Positions 17,101 through 32,000 of a stretch of 64,000 bases of DNA are shown here, one piece after another. The notes beneath the pieces were generated by a model that made no database searches, had not been told where the DNA came from, and saw only the letters and a list, made by a program, of their open reading frames with translations. Position 1 is the stretch's first letter, and each line of letters begins with the position of its first letter. Origin of the DNA: Ruditapes philippinarum (lineage: Eukaryota); the NCBI RefSeq assembly GCF_026571515.1, contig NW_026865060.1, positions 62,001 to 126,000 of the forward strand, written 5' to 3'. Made by a program: the position numbers and the translations under genes.

Positions 17101-20100
17101 AAACAAAAAATATATATCTATGCAAACAAGGTACAGTACAGTGAAATACCCCATTCAATTTATTTTCATTCATATACATTGAACGGTACTAATTAACTTA
17201 GTTTATTTACTTATTACCTAGGTCCGGGAAATATCTGATTCATATATTGAACATTTTATGTTTGTTAATATGGAAAAGGCAAAGCCTCAAAGCGAGCTCG
17301 ATTTACTTTTACTGTGAATAGTATAAAATAATCGATCATTTTTATTTTACATTTTCCGTTGTAAATCTGTCAATCGGTATTTTATACACTGCTTCCGTGT
17401 ATTCTGGTTCCCTGTCCCATTATGGTTCCTATAAAAGTGCGCAGGATACCACTCTACGCAATCGTTTTCAATCAGAATTCCGCGGTCTTTATCATTATCT
17501 TGTAATTCGAAAAGTTTCAATGTGTCAGTTCAGTACTTTCAATGAAAGTTTTCAAAACCATCACTTTGTAGCAGGAACATGCGTTAGCGTAAAGCTCGCT
17601 TTACAAACAGACCCTTGGGGCCAGCTCGCTATAACATCATAACTGCTTTCCACGTTATAGAAAATTATCACCTAATTTAATAAAGACGGTAGCCTAAAAG
17701 CTAGTCCAACTAATTGTACTGCGCGACGAGATATTGTGCTATTTTCGTGTCTGGGCAATATCTCGCCTCTACGTACAACATAAAAAGTACCTTTTCTGTG
17801 GTGAAATTTGCGCCGGGATTTTGAGCGCAAGCTTTGGACCGTGTAAAATCGTATTAGAATTCATATTTGAATAAATTTGTTACGATACCTTTAAAGATTA
17901 TTCATTTCTACATCAATTTCATGTTTTATTTGTGAAAATCTTCCTAACATAAAGATTTTGATAGAAAAGTAAACACACGCACCATCAAAATAAAGACATC
18001 GCCGCTAATGTCACGTGACAAATACACTGTTGATAACTACACTGGTGTGTATGCGGTACTGCGTTACTGAGAAACGACGAAACACTCTTGGTAAAATATC
18101 AAGTTTAATGTTATATTTAAGACATTTATTTATGCAAAAATTAATAATTATGATAGGATGAAAATATTATTTTATTGGAGCAGATGCACAACTTATTCGT
18201 TATTGTCAGAGCGTTCTTAGAAATATCAAAATCATTATTATCTTTTATAGAAAAGCTACTCTGTAAATGGACTCCTCACTAAACCGTTTCTTGTTTATAA
18301 AAAAAATATTTTGGTCAGCTTTCCAAGTAAATATAAGACATGGGACCTATTGGTATCTATAGAATTTTTTTCCACGATTATGATGGAAATAGGGATATGA
18401 TAAGAGCAGAAACATATGAGGTTTATATGTTTAAACAGCAACGTACGGATTCCTTGCGCCTTTAATTTGCGACTACGAGAAAACATCATTCTAAGGAATT
18501 TAACAGTCTGTTATTTATAATCAGGTTGATTAACTATTAAACGATACTTTCAATGTTCAAAATAATTTTTATCAATAACAAAACGAATATGCGTCAAACG
18601 CGGTGCCTCGACATTATACATGTATGTGCGAAAACAAAATTCCAGGTAAATTTCTTTTTTTATATCTTATCCACGCAGGCCCATAATTCTGGATAGTTTT
18701 CTCCAAAAAGCTTTCTGAAGATGTTTTTTAGAAAGAAAAAGACACACACAAACGAAGGTATGAAAATTGTTTTAAAATGACCGGGGTAGCAGAGAAAAAA
18801 TACTCGGAAATTTATTTCATGAAACAGGTGCCCCGCCTTATTTTGCTGTTGTTATTGTTTTTTGTTTTGTTTTGCAAAAGACTTTCATAATGTTGGTATA
18901 CAGTAAATATTTATCCCATACAATTGACTTTTATGCTAAGAAATTATTTTCTTTTATAAAATACATGCATGGCGAGGTGAGATTTGAAGAATCAACGCGG
19001 TTATTTTACAATGTTACATAAACAAAACGCTGCGCCGCTAATTTCTTTCACAGACACTTTGGGTGTGGAGCTTTAAAATCCAAATAAAATGTATATTTGT
19101 CAATACCAGCACATGTACTGATCATATATATATAAAAAACTAAATATAAGCCGTTTTGAAAAAAAAAATATATTTCAACGTCTATAATATTACACAAGAT
19201 AAAAATGTTCGCCGGAAAAAATCCGCACACCTGCCGTCAAAAACACCATGTATTTTATTCTGTTTCCAATATTTTCACAAAATCCTTTGGTCCATCGACA
19301 CAAAAGATATAAATCTTCAAGATGATGGTCAATTTTAAACTTCAACGGTAATATAAACAACGCAACTGGCAAAATAAAAATCGAGATTATCGCCGTTTTA
19401 CTCCATTTACAAAATCCTTCGACAAATTCAAACGTGGCTCCATATACATTTCATTTGGATTTTAAAGGCGTTTTGAGCTCCACACCCCAAGCCTCTGTGA
19501 TTTCTTTGATTCTTGTCCAATCTTATAAGATTTAAGGGTTATTCAACACTATTACTCATTTTAAACATACTATGATACAGATTGTTACTGCCCAAATATA
19601 AAAGGTGTTGCTTTGGAAAACGAACTTATAAAATCGGTAATAAATCACGGCGCCTCCTCAGTTCTTTTTTATATATATATTTTTTTTTTTTGAGTTTTTG
19701 ATAAAGAACGAAAATTAAGATTTTAACCTTCCAGTAAATTTAGAAAGAAAACCAGAAATAAAGTTCCTAATAATTAAATGCCACAACTCAAAACTTAAAA
19801 AGTTGGCATATCTTGCGTAAATTCAAAGCGTATTGGTAAGCCGGGAAAATGTACTGAGGAAACTCGGGACCGTAACACATTTAAATTCTTAACACCGTTT
19901 AAACAACTTTCATAAATGTATTATAGAAAGAAATTTAAGCATAAAAATATCGTCTTTGAAATAAATCATCAAGTATATTTATAATTATAAATTGAAAAAT
20001 AAATACATGTTACTAAGACAATCTAAAAATAACTTCTTCTCAATTTGAACCGTGTCAGCATGGAAAATTGTTTAACTGATTCCGGAAAGGAATCACGGCT

Positions 20101-21669
20101 CGAATTAAAAAAATCTAATTTATTTATTTAAAACTTAATCTTATAAATTTATAGTTGACACAAAGAAATTAAGTAAGGAAGAAACAGGACTGCGCATCAA
20201 TTATTAATAGTGTCAACATTTCCGAAGTGTATATTGGCCAGCGTACCGGTGTCGGCGTTGTGGAATGCATGTAGTTGACACATTTTAAAAATAAATATTA
20301 GGTTGAATATATTTTCTATACCGGGACAAAACTTTTCTGCAAAACTTTTCTGGAACATCGCTTAAACAACACGAAATATCCAGGCCATTACGGCATGCTA
20401 TGATAACAGTCTTTTATTACACGGATAAATGGTACATGTACACAGGTTCTTTCAGATACAGACAAACGAAAAATGGGTGCTCGGAGTAAAGAGTTTTATT
20501 TTTCTGAAAACAGTTGAGGAATGAAAAATTAACGCAAGAATTTACCATTTGAATTCTTTCATAGCGTAATGCACGTTTGAAAAACAAAACTTTCCTATAG
20601 GCAAGGATTTGTTGTTTTTAATACACAGCAAGTTGTGACTAACATAATTATACTAACATAGATAATACTACAGAGTGATGATTATATACATTTTAATGAA
20701 ATACAGTATTTTGCTTATCCTTAACCTTTAATAAACATATTTATAAAAAAGAGGACTAAATTAAAAGTTCCCCCGCATCATTTTTAAGATTTCTATCATG
20801 AATTACAAAAATATTTAAAGATAATTTCCTGGCGATTTATTTTATTGTAGCAATAAATATAATTAATAATAACATCATTTAAGAAAAATTTCCACTTTTT
20901 AATAGTTTTACATATTTTTTTAGCCACGCAAAAAAAAATGACAACATTCACGCACGGTACCGAACAATATCGATTTTTAGCGTACATGTTACATTACTGT
21001 AGCAACATCACAATATGGCGGCGTTGTTACACAAATGAGACGGTGAAATGAAACTAACGTGGTTTACTTTATTCTAAGTTGATAGTCTGGCACTTTTTGT
21101 GCTGTTAATTCCTTAAAATTGTATTGTTGAATAAATTCTTAGTTTAAATTGTCTGCATTTTCACATTTACATCGAAATCCACGTTTCACCACAGAAAGGT
21201 CTCCTTTTGGTTTTGACGTTAAAGCGAGATTCTGCCCCAGAACGAAAATATCTCAGAATCAAGCTTTGGCACGTCAATATATTTTGACTACCTAAAAGCA
21301 AGACTAACATATATTGACATTCCTGTATCTTGGAATAGACCCTGGGGTATAAACAGCAATATAGATAAGGTTTTTCTGTTTTATTTAGTTAATCATTTAC
21401 AAGTTTTACTCCTCAAATATACCCAGGAGATTGTCAGATTCTGAACTGGAATTGACAGGGCAGTGTTGATTCATAGAACTATGATGAAATATTTAATGCT
21501 ATCTTTCATTAACTTAATTCAGAATTATTAAAAACTCGAACATATTGTACGTAAATAGGTTGTGTTAAAATATTACTGGAAGCTTTGGTTCTATTTCTAT
21601 TGAGCATTGGTGACAATAAAATCGATTGTTTGCAGTTTGATCTGGATTTTCGACAGCTGCCTCCGCCAT
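11158..21669 (-). CDS. RNF126: E3 ubiquitin-protein ligase RNF115/RNF126 family, complete, 312 aa (exons 21577-21669, 16680-16729, 15705-15786, 15100-15293, 14817-14906, 13336-13423, 12652-12745, 12150-12265, 11158-11289)
   Basis: N-terminal zinc ribbon MAEAAV...RFYCHQCSIEIEPKLP|DFTCPECDNGFIEEI, family motif LHSNPEDYAWGTGGLDAIITQ|LLNQLEGSGAPPAQKEKIDSLP, and RING-H2 CSVC...CDHHYHKDC...HGTCPVC. Nine exons total 939 nt with consistent phases and GT-AG junctions. Probably co-orthologous to vertebrate RNF115 and RNF126. Confidence 0.93.
12292..12527. repeat. ~21-22-bp minisatellite (~11 units) in the intron just upstream of the RING exon
   Basis: Repeated AATAAACATAATGTGACAATAT; it accounts for the repetitive ORFs at 12138-12549. 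Confidence 0.92.
12921..13045 (+). mobile_element. Internally deleted short copy of the HINE-like family at 49512-50176
   Basis: The 5' end AATGTGTCCATAGGACA..GATGTCCCCACA and the 3' end GGACAGACAAGGGCAAA...AGTGGGGGGCATAAAAA match both ends of the longer element. Confidence 0.6.
19049..19499. mobile_element. MITE with CACAGA...TCTGTG termini and 8-bp TSD (hAT- or P-type)
   Basis: Imperfect long TIRs CACAGACACTTTGGGTGTGGAGCT / AGCTCCACACCCCAAGCCTCTGTG. TSD ATTTCTTT at 19041-19048 and 19500-19507. Confidence 0.85.
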
Positions 21670-22269
21670 CTTGAAACTGAAGTGCGTACTACGTCACGGA
21701 AACTGGGGACTAGGATAAATTCTCGAATACGGTATAGCAACTTTCCGGTTAAAGCATTATAAGGCTTAACACCCCTAAATAGTAAATACTTGATTATTAA
21801 ACATCCATATCAATTGAATGAAAACATTGTTTGTTTTGTTTATATTTCCTTATTACCTGCAAGAATGTGGATTTGTGCAAGTCGGAAGTGATTTTAAGAG
21901 AATCTCACCATTGATAGGGAATCTACTGAAGAAGGTATCCAAAACTACTGTTAAAATAAAATAATTTATCTAAATACGTGCATGCTTTAACTTAGAAATC
22001 TAAAAGAACGAATTTGGCATGAAATATGATGCATCATAAGGGTTAACAATATATGCAAATTTCTACTTATTGAAAGGGCATGCATGCATATCTTCAAACA
22101 TGTTTCAATATATTTCATACCTTTAATTGAAAAATACTACTTTCGGTGTAAATTTTTCCTGAACACCAGCTAGTTAAAATGAAACAATCAAATTCATTTA
22201 TATATTTTGTATTTAAAAACCTAAGAAAGTTCTGAAGACTGCCAAATAGAATGTACGACTAGCTGGACT

Positions 22270-24350
22270 ATCAGACTCTACAGGACAATCACAGACTCTA
22301 CAGGACAATCGCAAACTCTACAAAATAATCACAGACTCTACATGACAATCACAGGCTCTACATGACAATCACAGACTCCTACATGACAATCGCAAACTCT
22401 ACAAAACAATCACAGGCTCTACATGACAATCACAGACTCCTACATGATAATCGCAAACTCTACAAGACAATCACAGACTCTACATGACAACCACAGACTC
22501 TACAGGACAATCACAGACTCTACAGGACAATCACAGGCTCTACATGACAATCACACACTCTACAAAACAATCACAGACAACACAGGGCAATCACAGACAC
22601 TACAGGACAATCACAAACTCTACAGATCAGTCACAGACTTTACAGGACAATCACAGACTCTACAGGACAATCGCAAACTCTACAAAACAATCACAGACTC
22701 TACATGACAATCACAGACTCTACAGGACAATCACAGACTCTACAGGACAATCGCAAACTCTACAAAACAATCGCAGACTCTACAGGACAATCACAGGCTC
22801 TACATGACAATCGCACACTCTACAAAACAATCACAGACTCTACATGACAATCACAGACTCTACAGGACAATCGCAAACTCTACAAAACAATCACAGACTC
22901 TACATGACAATCACATACTCTACATGACAATCACAGACACTACATAACAATCACAAACTCTACAGGACAATCGCAAACTCTGCAAAACAATCGCAGACTC
23001 TACATGACAATCACAAACTCTACATGACAATCACAGACACTACATGACAATCACATACTCTACATGACAAACACAGACACTACAGGACAATCACAAACTC
23101 TACAAAACAATCACAGACACTACATGACAATCACAGACTCTACATGACAATCGCAAACTCTACAAAACAATCGCAGACTCTACAGGACAATCACAGGCTC
23201 TACATGACAATCAAACACTCTACAAAACAATCACAGATTCTACAGGACAATCACATACTCTACATGACAATCACAGACACTACATGGCAATCACAAACTC
23301 TACAGATCAGTCACAGACTTTACAGACAATCACAGACTCTACAGGACAATCACAGACTCTACAGGACAATCGCAAACTCTACAAAACAATCACATACTCT
23401 ATATGACAATCACAGACTCTACATGACAATCAAAGACTCTACATGACAATCACAGTCTCTAGATGACAATCACATACTCTACAAAACAATCACAGACTCT
23501 ACAGGACAATCGCAAACTCTACAAAACAATCACAAACTCTACAGGACAATCGCAAACTCTACATGACAATCAAAGACTCTACATGACAATCACAGTCTCT
23601 ACAGGACAATCGCAAACTCTACAAAACAATCACAGACTCTACATGACAATCGCAGACTCTACAAAACAATCAAAGACTCTACATGACAATCACAGTCTCT
23701 AGATGACAATCAAAGACTCTACATGACAATCACAGTCTCTAGATGACAATCACATACTCTACAAAACAATCACAGACTCTACAGGACAATCGCAAACTCT
23801 ACAAAACAATCACAGACTCTACATGAAAATCAAAGACTCTACATCTCTACATGACAATCACATACTCACATGACAACCAAAGACTCTACATGACAATCAA
23901 AGACTCTACATGACAATCACATACTCTACCGGACAATCACATACTCTACAGGTCAATCGCAGACTTTACAGGATAATCACATACTCTACATGACAATCAC
24001 AGACTCTACAGGGCAATCATAGAAACTACAGGTCAATCACAGAGTCTGTAGGACAATCACATACTCTACATGGCAAATACAGACTTGTCAGGACAATTAC
24101 AGACTCTACATGGCAATCACATACTCTATATGGCAATCGCAGACTCTACAGGATAATCACATACTCTACAGGACAATCACATACTCTACAGGACAATCAC
24201 AGACTCTACAGCACAATCACAGGCTCTACAGGACAATCACAGACTCTACATGACAATCACAGACTCTACAGGACAATCACAGACTCTACAGGACAATCAC
24301 ATACTCTACATGGCAATCGCAGACTCTACAGGTCAATCACAGACTCTAAA
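22270..24350. repeat. 20-bp satellite array, ~2.1 kb (~100 units)
   Basis: Unit ACAATCACAGACTCTACA(TG/GG/AA). The ORFs at 22423-23702 are repeat translations. Confidence 0.96.
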
Positions 24351-26002
24351 AGAATGTAAACATTTGAAGGAAACATATATTTAGCAAGATTATAGACTGT
24401 TTCTGTGATTAACATGGGCCACTTTCCTTTTTGTGACAACCAAAGTTTTTTCTGAGACTATATCATTCCTATATTTTATATATAAAGCTTGAAAGATGAG
24501 CTTTCTAAAAGCCATTCAGTGCTAAATGACGCCACTGCTAATTGACGTCACTGCTAATTGATGCCATTGACGATTGACTCCGGAGAATACTTCTAAATAT
24601 AGTTTAGAAAATTTGTTTAATCATTCAATTTGATTTAAATTCTTAAAAATGTCATTGTAATCTTGTATCATTGACTAATACAACACCTCTTTCATTTTAA
24701 ACTGCCCAATGACTGCCCAATGACTTTATTTGGGAAAGTTTCAAAATGGAATGCGTCACCTATAGTTATATTTCCGACATTTTAAACGCTTGATACTTTA
24801 CGCTAATATTATATATGGTTGGGGTTATATATGGACAATATATCTACTAACCTAAGAATAAAAACTACCGGTATTTGTTATAACTTTATTCACGTGAACA
24901 GTATGTGAAAAATATTATTTATCGTAAGCTATCAAAACCTGTTACTGCTTTACTTAAGACATTTTGCCATTCTAAACATATTTTTATCTTTTATTTCACG
25001 TCAGTATGACAACATTTCAAATATGTGTCAGTCATTTTTTATAATTGCTGCTCACACTGATTTAGAGATTCAAAAGATTTACGAAAATATTATATGTTCT
25101 ATGAATTCAAAGATATTCATTTGACCAGATTTATTTTCTTACACTGCACTATTTTCATAGCAATATTAAAGATTTATTTATTTAACATATCTTACAATGT
25201 TGCACTTTTTTATTCATTTTATGTATTTTTTATTACTGTATGGGTGTCATTTATTACGAATAAATATATAATCCCGCACAGTTTTAAGACAGTGTCAGCT
25301 GGGTGACTGCTCATCTGTACTCCAGCACTTTTGAAATGTTCAGAAAAAGTAAGTGGACTATAAAACGAGCAATATTTTTTTTTATAAATTTATATCTAGT
25401 TAATTTTGTGCCGGTAAATGGAAAAGGTAAATGGAAAAGGGTTACATATTTATGGAAGATACAACACAAAGTATTTTACTGATCATTTCTAGATATATTT
25501 TCTTTCGGAAATTGACATTTGTTTGGCAAGAACATGTATGGATTATATTGAACAGATTCAAAGAAAATAATTGTACGTTCATAAAAACAACTTTCTGTAA
25601 CATTTGATACAACGATCGACTAATGAATATTAAAATGTATAAAGCAACACGACGTGACAAAGTATAACATATAAACGTACTGTACAACAATGTTATTATC
25701 ATATTGTTCTGGTGATATCTGAAAAGATTAAAACATGTCTCTTCAACTTTACTAAATAATAGTTCATCTTCTATAATAATAGGTTAAACGAGGAGTTCCC
25801 GCTATAGTGCCACATGCTCCTGTCACTGTTATGTATCACATAAAACTGGCCGACGCCATCTTTATTGCAGAGAAATATTTGCTGAATCATCTTATTTTCA
25901 CACACTCGTAGGCAAGTGTTACATACGTTAATGATTTTCATGACGAACGTAAATCATCAAGAAATTTCACATTTTACAGTTCACATGTTTGTATCATTAA
26001 GA

Positions 26003-29000
26003 TCATAAATTGTCAACTGGAGATGAAAAATTAGCATTAACTTCACCAGGGATATTATTTACAGGGACAACTCTGTCAGAACGGAATCGCTTTGTTGTTT
26101 GTCGTGAGATAAGGTTAATATCGTTGTTACAAGTTTCTGTCATTGATTTAACTGTAGCAGTTGATATAGATCTAGCAGAACATACTGATTGTGTCCTGGT
26201 AACTGCTGGGGGTGACATTAGTCCGCGTTCACTATAATTCATAATATTTGGTGTTCCAATACCGTGCTCAGTGTAATCGGCTCCTATCAATTCTTCTTCT
26301 TCATTCAGACGAAGACCGATGGTAAATTTAATTCCCTGTAATTAAGAAACAAATTTATCAAAGATGAGTGATAAATCTAAGAAAAATGAAATCACCATGA
26401 AGTATTTGAACAAACTGATATTTTATGTATTGTGTATCAATTAAGGTCCATATGTTGTGAGATTCGGCATTTTCCGTTATAGCCCGTATTTTCTTCATAG
26501 AGATTTCGGCTTAAGCCAATATCAATGAAAGACAACTTAGTTGACAACTACATAACTTATAAAATTCACAGAAATTACGTTTCTTAGTCACGGATTCATG
26601 TAGTAAAATTACTTCTATTGCTTGGAGGTTGATAATATAATGCCCTCGTTTAATTTAATATCATCGCTTAATATAATATCATCGCTTAATATAATGTCAT
26701 CGCTTAATATAATATCATCGCTTAATATAAGATCATCGCTTAATATAATATCATCGCTTAATATAAGATCATCGCTTAATATAATATCATCGCTTGATAT
26801 AATGTCCTTGCTTAATATGAGATCCTCGCTTGATATAAAGATCCTTCCTTGATATAATATCCTCGCTTAATTCTTATTTTGATCTATCGATAAAACGGAA
26901 CAGAAAATATATGTTTTTATTAGAACTACGCGTTGCCACATATAACATAAATGTTAAAGCTTCTATTGCATATAAACAGTGATACGTAATCTGGTATAAT
27001 AACTGCTAACATTACCAACAACAACATGGCACTGACGACAGCACTCCAAGATATGATAACACAACAAGCTAGTGTCTGTACACCCAGAAGATACATGCCC
27101 CCTCCGTGAAACAGCCCGTCCCGACCCTGTGTTGTGTTCTCTAGAGGATCATGTGCAGCAAATAACCCAACTGACAACATACCCTAAATATCATTTAAAA
27201 AAATTATTCTGCGATGGAAAAAAAGAAACAGTGTACTGAAAAGATTTCATTTATATGATGTCAGTATAATTATATAGGAGAGCGGCGGCCTATAGTGATT
27301 AACTCTTAGATCATGGGTTCGAACCCTATGGGTCACGACAGTGTTTCTTCATATGACACCCAGTACTGGTTGGTTTCAGGGAGCGGACTCGAAAGTGATT
27401 TATTTAGGTTGCAAGAACTCGTTCAGCATTGGAGCCTAAATAAACATGTTTTTAACCAATTACGTACATTGTACGTACAGTATGAAATTGAAATGAAATA
27501 TATATGCATTTAAATACTGACCCATGCGCCACAAACACCATGTACAGCAATAGCTCCTACTGGATCATCTATTCTGATTTTATCGATTAAGATAATACAT
27601 AGAATGGCTAAAAGTCCCCCAATGACACCAATTATCACAGCTTCCCATGGCCTGACCACGGCACATCCAGCTAAAATAAAATAAAAGCAAAATATTAGTA
27701 ACACCAGTCCTATAATCAAAACTTCCTACGCCTGGCCAGCTAAAATAAAATAGGAACCAAAAAGCATCTATAATCACGGTTTAAATAACACGTATAGTAA
27801 CAGATTTGAATGACCAAACTATATATCACATCCGACGTAAACTAAAATAAGACCTGTATAAGCTTCCCACGACCTGATCATAACACAAGGAGGGCTTTCA
27901 CAGCAGCTTTTCACGTTTAGTGGAATTTGAAAGAAATATATGTGACACTGATTTGTCTTAGATTAAGCAAGATTACACATACTGTATTATATATTTTATG
28001 TAAAATTGACAAACAGTCATACATGATGCCTTACTGTTTCATAGTAACAACATGATATGTGTTAACTTATTCTTTAATTATCTTTAAAGTAATTTTGTCT
28101 CTTTTTGTATCTTTGGGTATGTTATTTATATCGCCAGGAGACAGATATAAGCAGCTGACATCGGTGTCTTACATATTGATTTACATATTGTAAGTCCAAT
28201 TTCATTGCCAATACATTCTATTACCTTTTTAATTAAAATGAGCACTACACATTAGAACTACCTATTAGAATTACATAGAATTGCATTTTAGAATTACATA
28301 TAAGAAACATGTTAAATCTGCTTACCATACGCGAGTTTTACATTTGCACTTAATATCGAATCATTAACCCTGAATGAGATAAATCTATCTAGAACCACAG
28401 CACGTAGATTTATTCATCTCTAAAGTTCTCAAACCCTGCTTTTTCCGTACCATCGGATTAACAGGGGATAGTTCTTATAAATGCGACTTTAGAAATAATA
28501 GTTTAATGAAAATATTTTATATATCTTATCAATGTTTTGTCATGACCTCGTTCATTCGTTCAATGAAAGCATGCTTATTTGTGCCAACGGTTCATTTAGA
28601 AAATAATTATTAATCATTATACGACACAATATTTGTCAACGTAATAATCAACTTGTTCAACCAAGAAGAAATTATCGTACATCTTTACCTGTTATGCCAA
28701 CAAGAGCTCCCAGTATACTGTTGATCAAATAACCAACATCAAAAGTTCCTTTTTTTATCACATAACTGAAACAGAAAACAGTAAATATGTTTTACAAAAC
28801 GATCCATTGTCCAGAGGTAAACAACATGCCCGAGGTACACTTCCAAGCATTATTGGTAACCCATGCGTACTCGTTACGTATACACTTCATTCACTCTGTT
28901 CAACGAATTCAATACCCATGGGTTCCGACGACCACTTCCAAGCAACATAGACCCTTTTACAATATGATATTTCCATAGAAACGGAAGTAGCATTTCACGC

Positions 29001-32000
29001 ATGCGCATTCCGCGAAGGGCAAAAATGCAAAGACGAAAGAATAGATTGTATAAATATTCAACATCTTCATTAACCATTTGATATAATTTAAATGATTAAC
29101 CATAAGTTTTTTAAATATAGATTTGTAGTTTATTCTGACAAATAGCCGATGCAATGGCGAATTAAAGTAATTTACTTTTATGTATTATTTATGTATTAAC
29201 ATGCATTCAAATGATTCGTTTTTTAAAGAATATGTCTATAAAGTAACTTTTAATTTGTAATAAAATAATCATTTGTGATATAGTTATAAAAACAAAGTTT
29301 TAAAATCAAAACCATCTTGTCAATGGTTGTCAACTTTGAAATAGTAAGATATGTATTTACATTAAACCAAATATTCTAATGTAACGGTAGCATGCTTCTA
29401 TATACAGATCCCGTCATTACTAGAATACAATAATGAGCATTGTGAATAGGCTGAATTAACGCTGAATTATTTTATACTTTATTCTGAAAAAACAACAACA
29501 ACAATTAATGTAAATAGTATTATAACAGGTAAAGATAAAAAACGTACGACAATATTATACCAACAATCCCTCCACCCATTGATCCATTCAATGTTGTTAT
29601 AGCTGCCCTGAAAAAAATAATTAATTCATATTCCACAGCTATAATAGGACAAAAACACGAGTTGATCAAATATAGCGCTTTTAATTTTCAAACAAGATAT
29701 AACAATTATTTTGCTGATGTTTTGAGTATGCTCGAGGTATACCAAAACTAAATGATAACTGTCGTTCGTTCCCGGGACATACCAAAAAAAAATGATCACT
29801 CGAGTATCCAACAATCAAACTTTTACATATTCCTGAGGTATACCAAAACTAAATGATCACCAGCGTGTGGTTCGTTTAGCTTTGGCAAAGCTCATGGTTT
29901 ACTAGAACTTAGAAGAAACGTGTTTGGCAATCAAGTCATCAATGGTTCATATGAACAATGCATATCAAAGTTTCAGTTTGCTTTTATAGCTTTGTATCGT
30001 GTTTTGATTTAGGTTAATATAGCATATTTAAAGTTATATACTGGTGCGTTAAAATGGTTGACGACTTACTTTGCTGCTAATTTCCATTTTCCACCAGATA
30101 TACCAAACGTACTGCCACAGTTAAATGCCAGCCATCCCCACCTATATGTTAATTTAATACAATATCGCAACACGTGTATATTATACAAGTAGTAAAACTG
30201 AGATTGAGCTATATTTCATGAAAAATGTGAAAAACATGTACAGTACATGACAATCTTGATAATGTATCCATGTGATTTTAATTTCTGTTGCTAAACTTCT
30301 ATAACATAATGTAACTATATATGAAATACAATGTATTACAAGAACCAATATGTTGAATACATTATAAATTATAATGTACATAATATACAGGCAAGACTCA
30401 TAAATTCAGTGGCAACGTTAAAAGAGTTGACATTTAATATACCTTCTGCCAGAAATGAAAGAAAAATACATAAGATAAAAAACCCTCACCATAACATAAA
30501 CATTCCTATGAGGGCATTTGCTGGATTGCCCATCGGTAGCGGGTTGTCTGTCACTTTCTGCCCCTCCCTATATCGCCCTTGTCGAGGTTTAAGAAGGAAT
30601 GTTGCAACGAATGCCGACACTCCGCCAACTAAATGAACAGCCCCACTCCCTGCGATATCTACAACACCCAGTGTTCTCAAAAATCCATTTGACGCCCATT
30701 CCCAATGAGCTGGTATACAATAGACTATAGTATTGAGAAATGAAAACACAATGTAACTTATTAACTTTGTTCTTTCAGCCATCGCGCCAGAAACAATAGT
30801 TGTAGCTGTTGTCGCAAACGACAACTGAAAAACGTAAGTGGAGAAAATTATTCCCATGTCTGCATGTGGCGCATCTACAAAGAAATACCCAATTCCACAG
30901 AATGGGTTTGTACCTGGACTGTTGCCAAAACTTAACCCAAAACCGAATGCCCAGTAAGTGATGCCACCAAAAACAACGTCCACTGCATTTTTGACCATGA
31001 TGTTAACCTCATTTCTCCTAGATACACACCCGGCCTCCAACAGTCCAAACCCTAAAACAATAAACATCCTTTGTCACAATAACCATAGTTAAATTGACAT
31101 ATGCCCTTTATTTTCTATATCTACTTTGCCGTCTTTGTCATTTCTTACCTTCACCGTATAAACCTGGCAAATTATGTACATTTTGTATGTTTAATTAATT
31201 TTGCTGCAAGACAGGAATATTGAGCATTGATTTTGGTACTTAAATATGAGTGTTTTATATATTATAAAATGGTTTGTAGATCATGTTAAACACTTATTAT
31301 CTGAAAAAAGGCAGCATTGAATGACGGGTAACTTGACATAAAAGAAGTAAAATGTCAACAAAGAGGCATTTGGTCATCATTATAAAATACTAAATCTTTT
31401 TGCCAATACAGAATACTAGTTATTGTCGGCGATACAAAATACTAAATCTTTTTGCCAATACAGAATACTAAATCATGTCGCCAATACAAAATACTAAATA
31501 TCGTCGCCAATACAAAATACTAAATCTTGTCGCCAATATAAAATACTAAATCTTGTCGCCAATACAAAATATTGTCGCCAAAACAAAATACTAAATCTTG
31601 TCGCCAATACAAAACCTTGTCGCCAATTAAAAGATGGTTTTGGACACTGTAACAGAACATGAAAAATAAAAAGCTTTTGAGAAATAAGAATGATCAATGA
31701 TAGTATTTGGGTGCTAAAGAACTGAATGAACTTAATTAGTATGTTATATAAGTAATGAGAATTGAATGTTATAGAAATAATGAACATTGTGCATGTGTCT
31801 TCACAAAATGATATACTTCTGTCGTTATATATTATTAAACATAAATCAGTTAAGGGGAATTAATATGGATGCATGTTTTTACAAGAATAAATCTATAACT
31901 TACACATTCTCTCTTATATTATTGTACTTATATTATTGTACTTATATTATTGTACTTATATTAGTGTACTTATATTAGTGCACTTTGTGTGGTTTTGAAT

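Noticed and set aside
22423-23702. Thr/Gln-rich mucin-like ORFs
   Set aside because: The 20-bp satellite period cycles through frames; not a gene.
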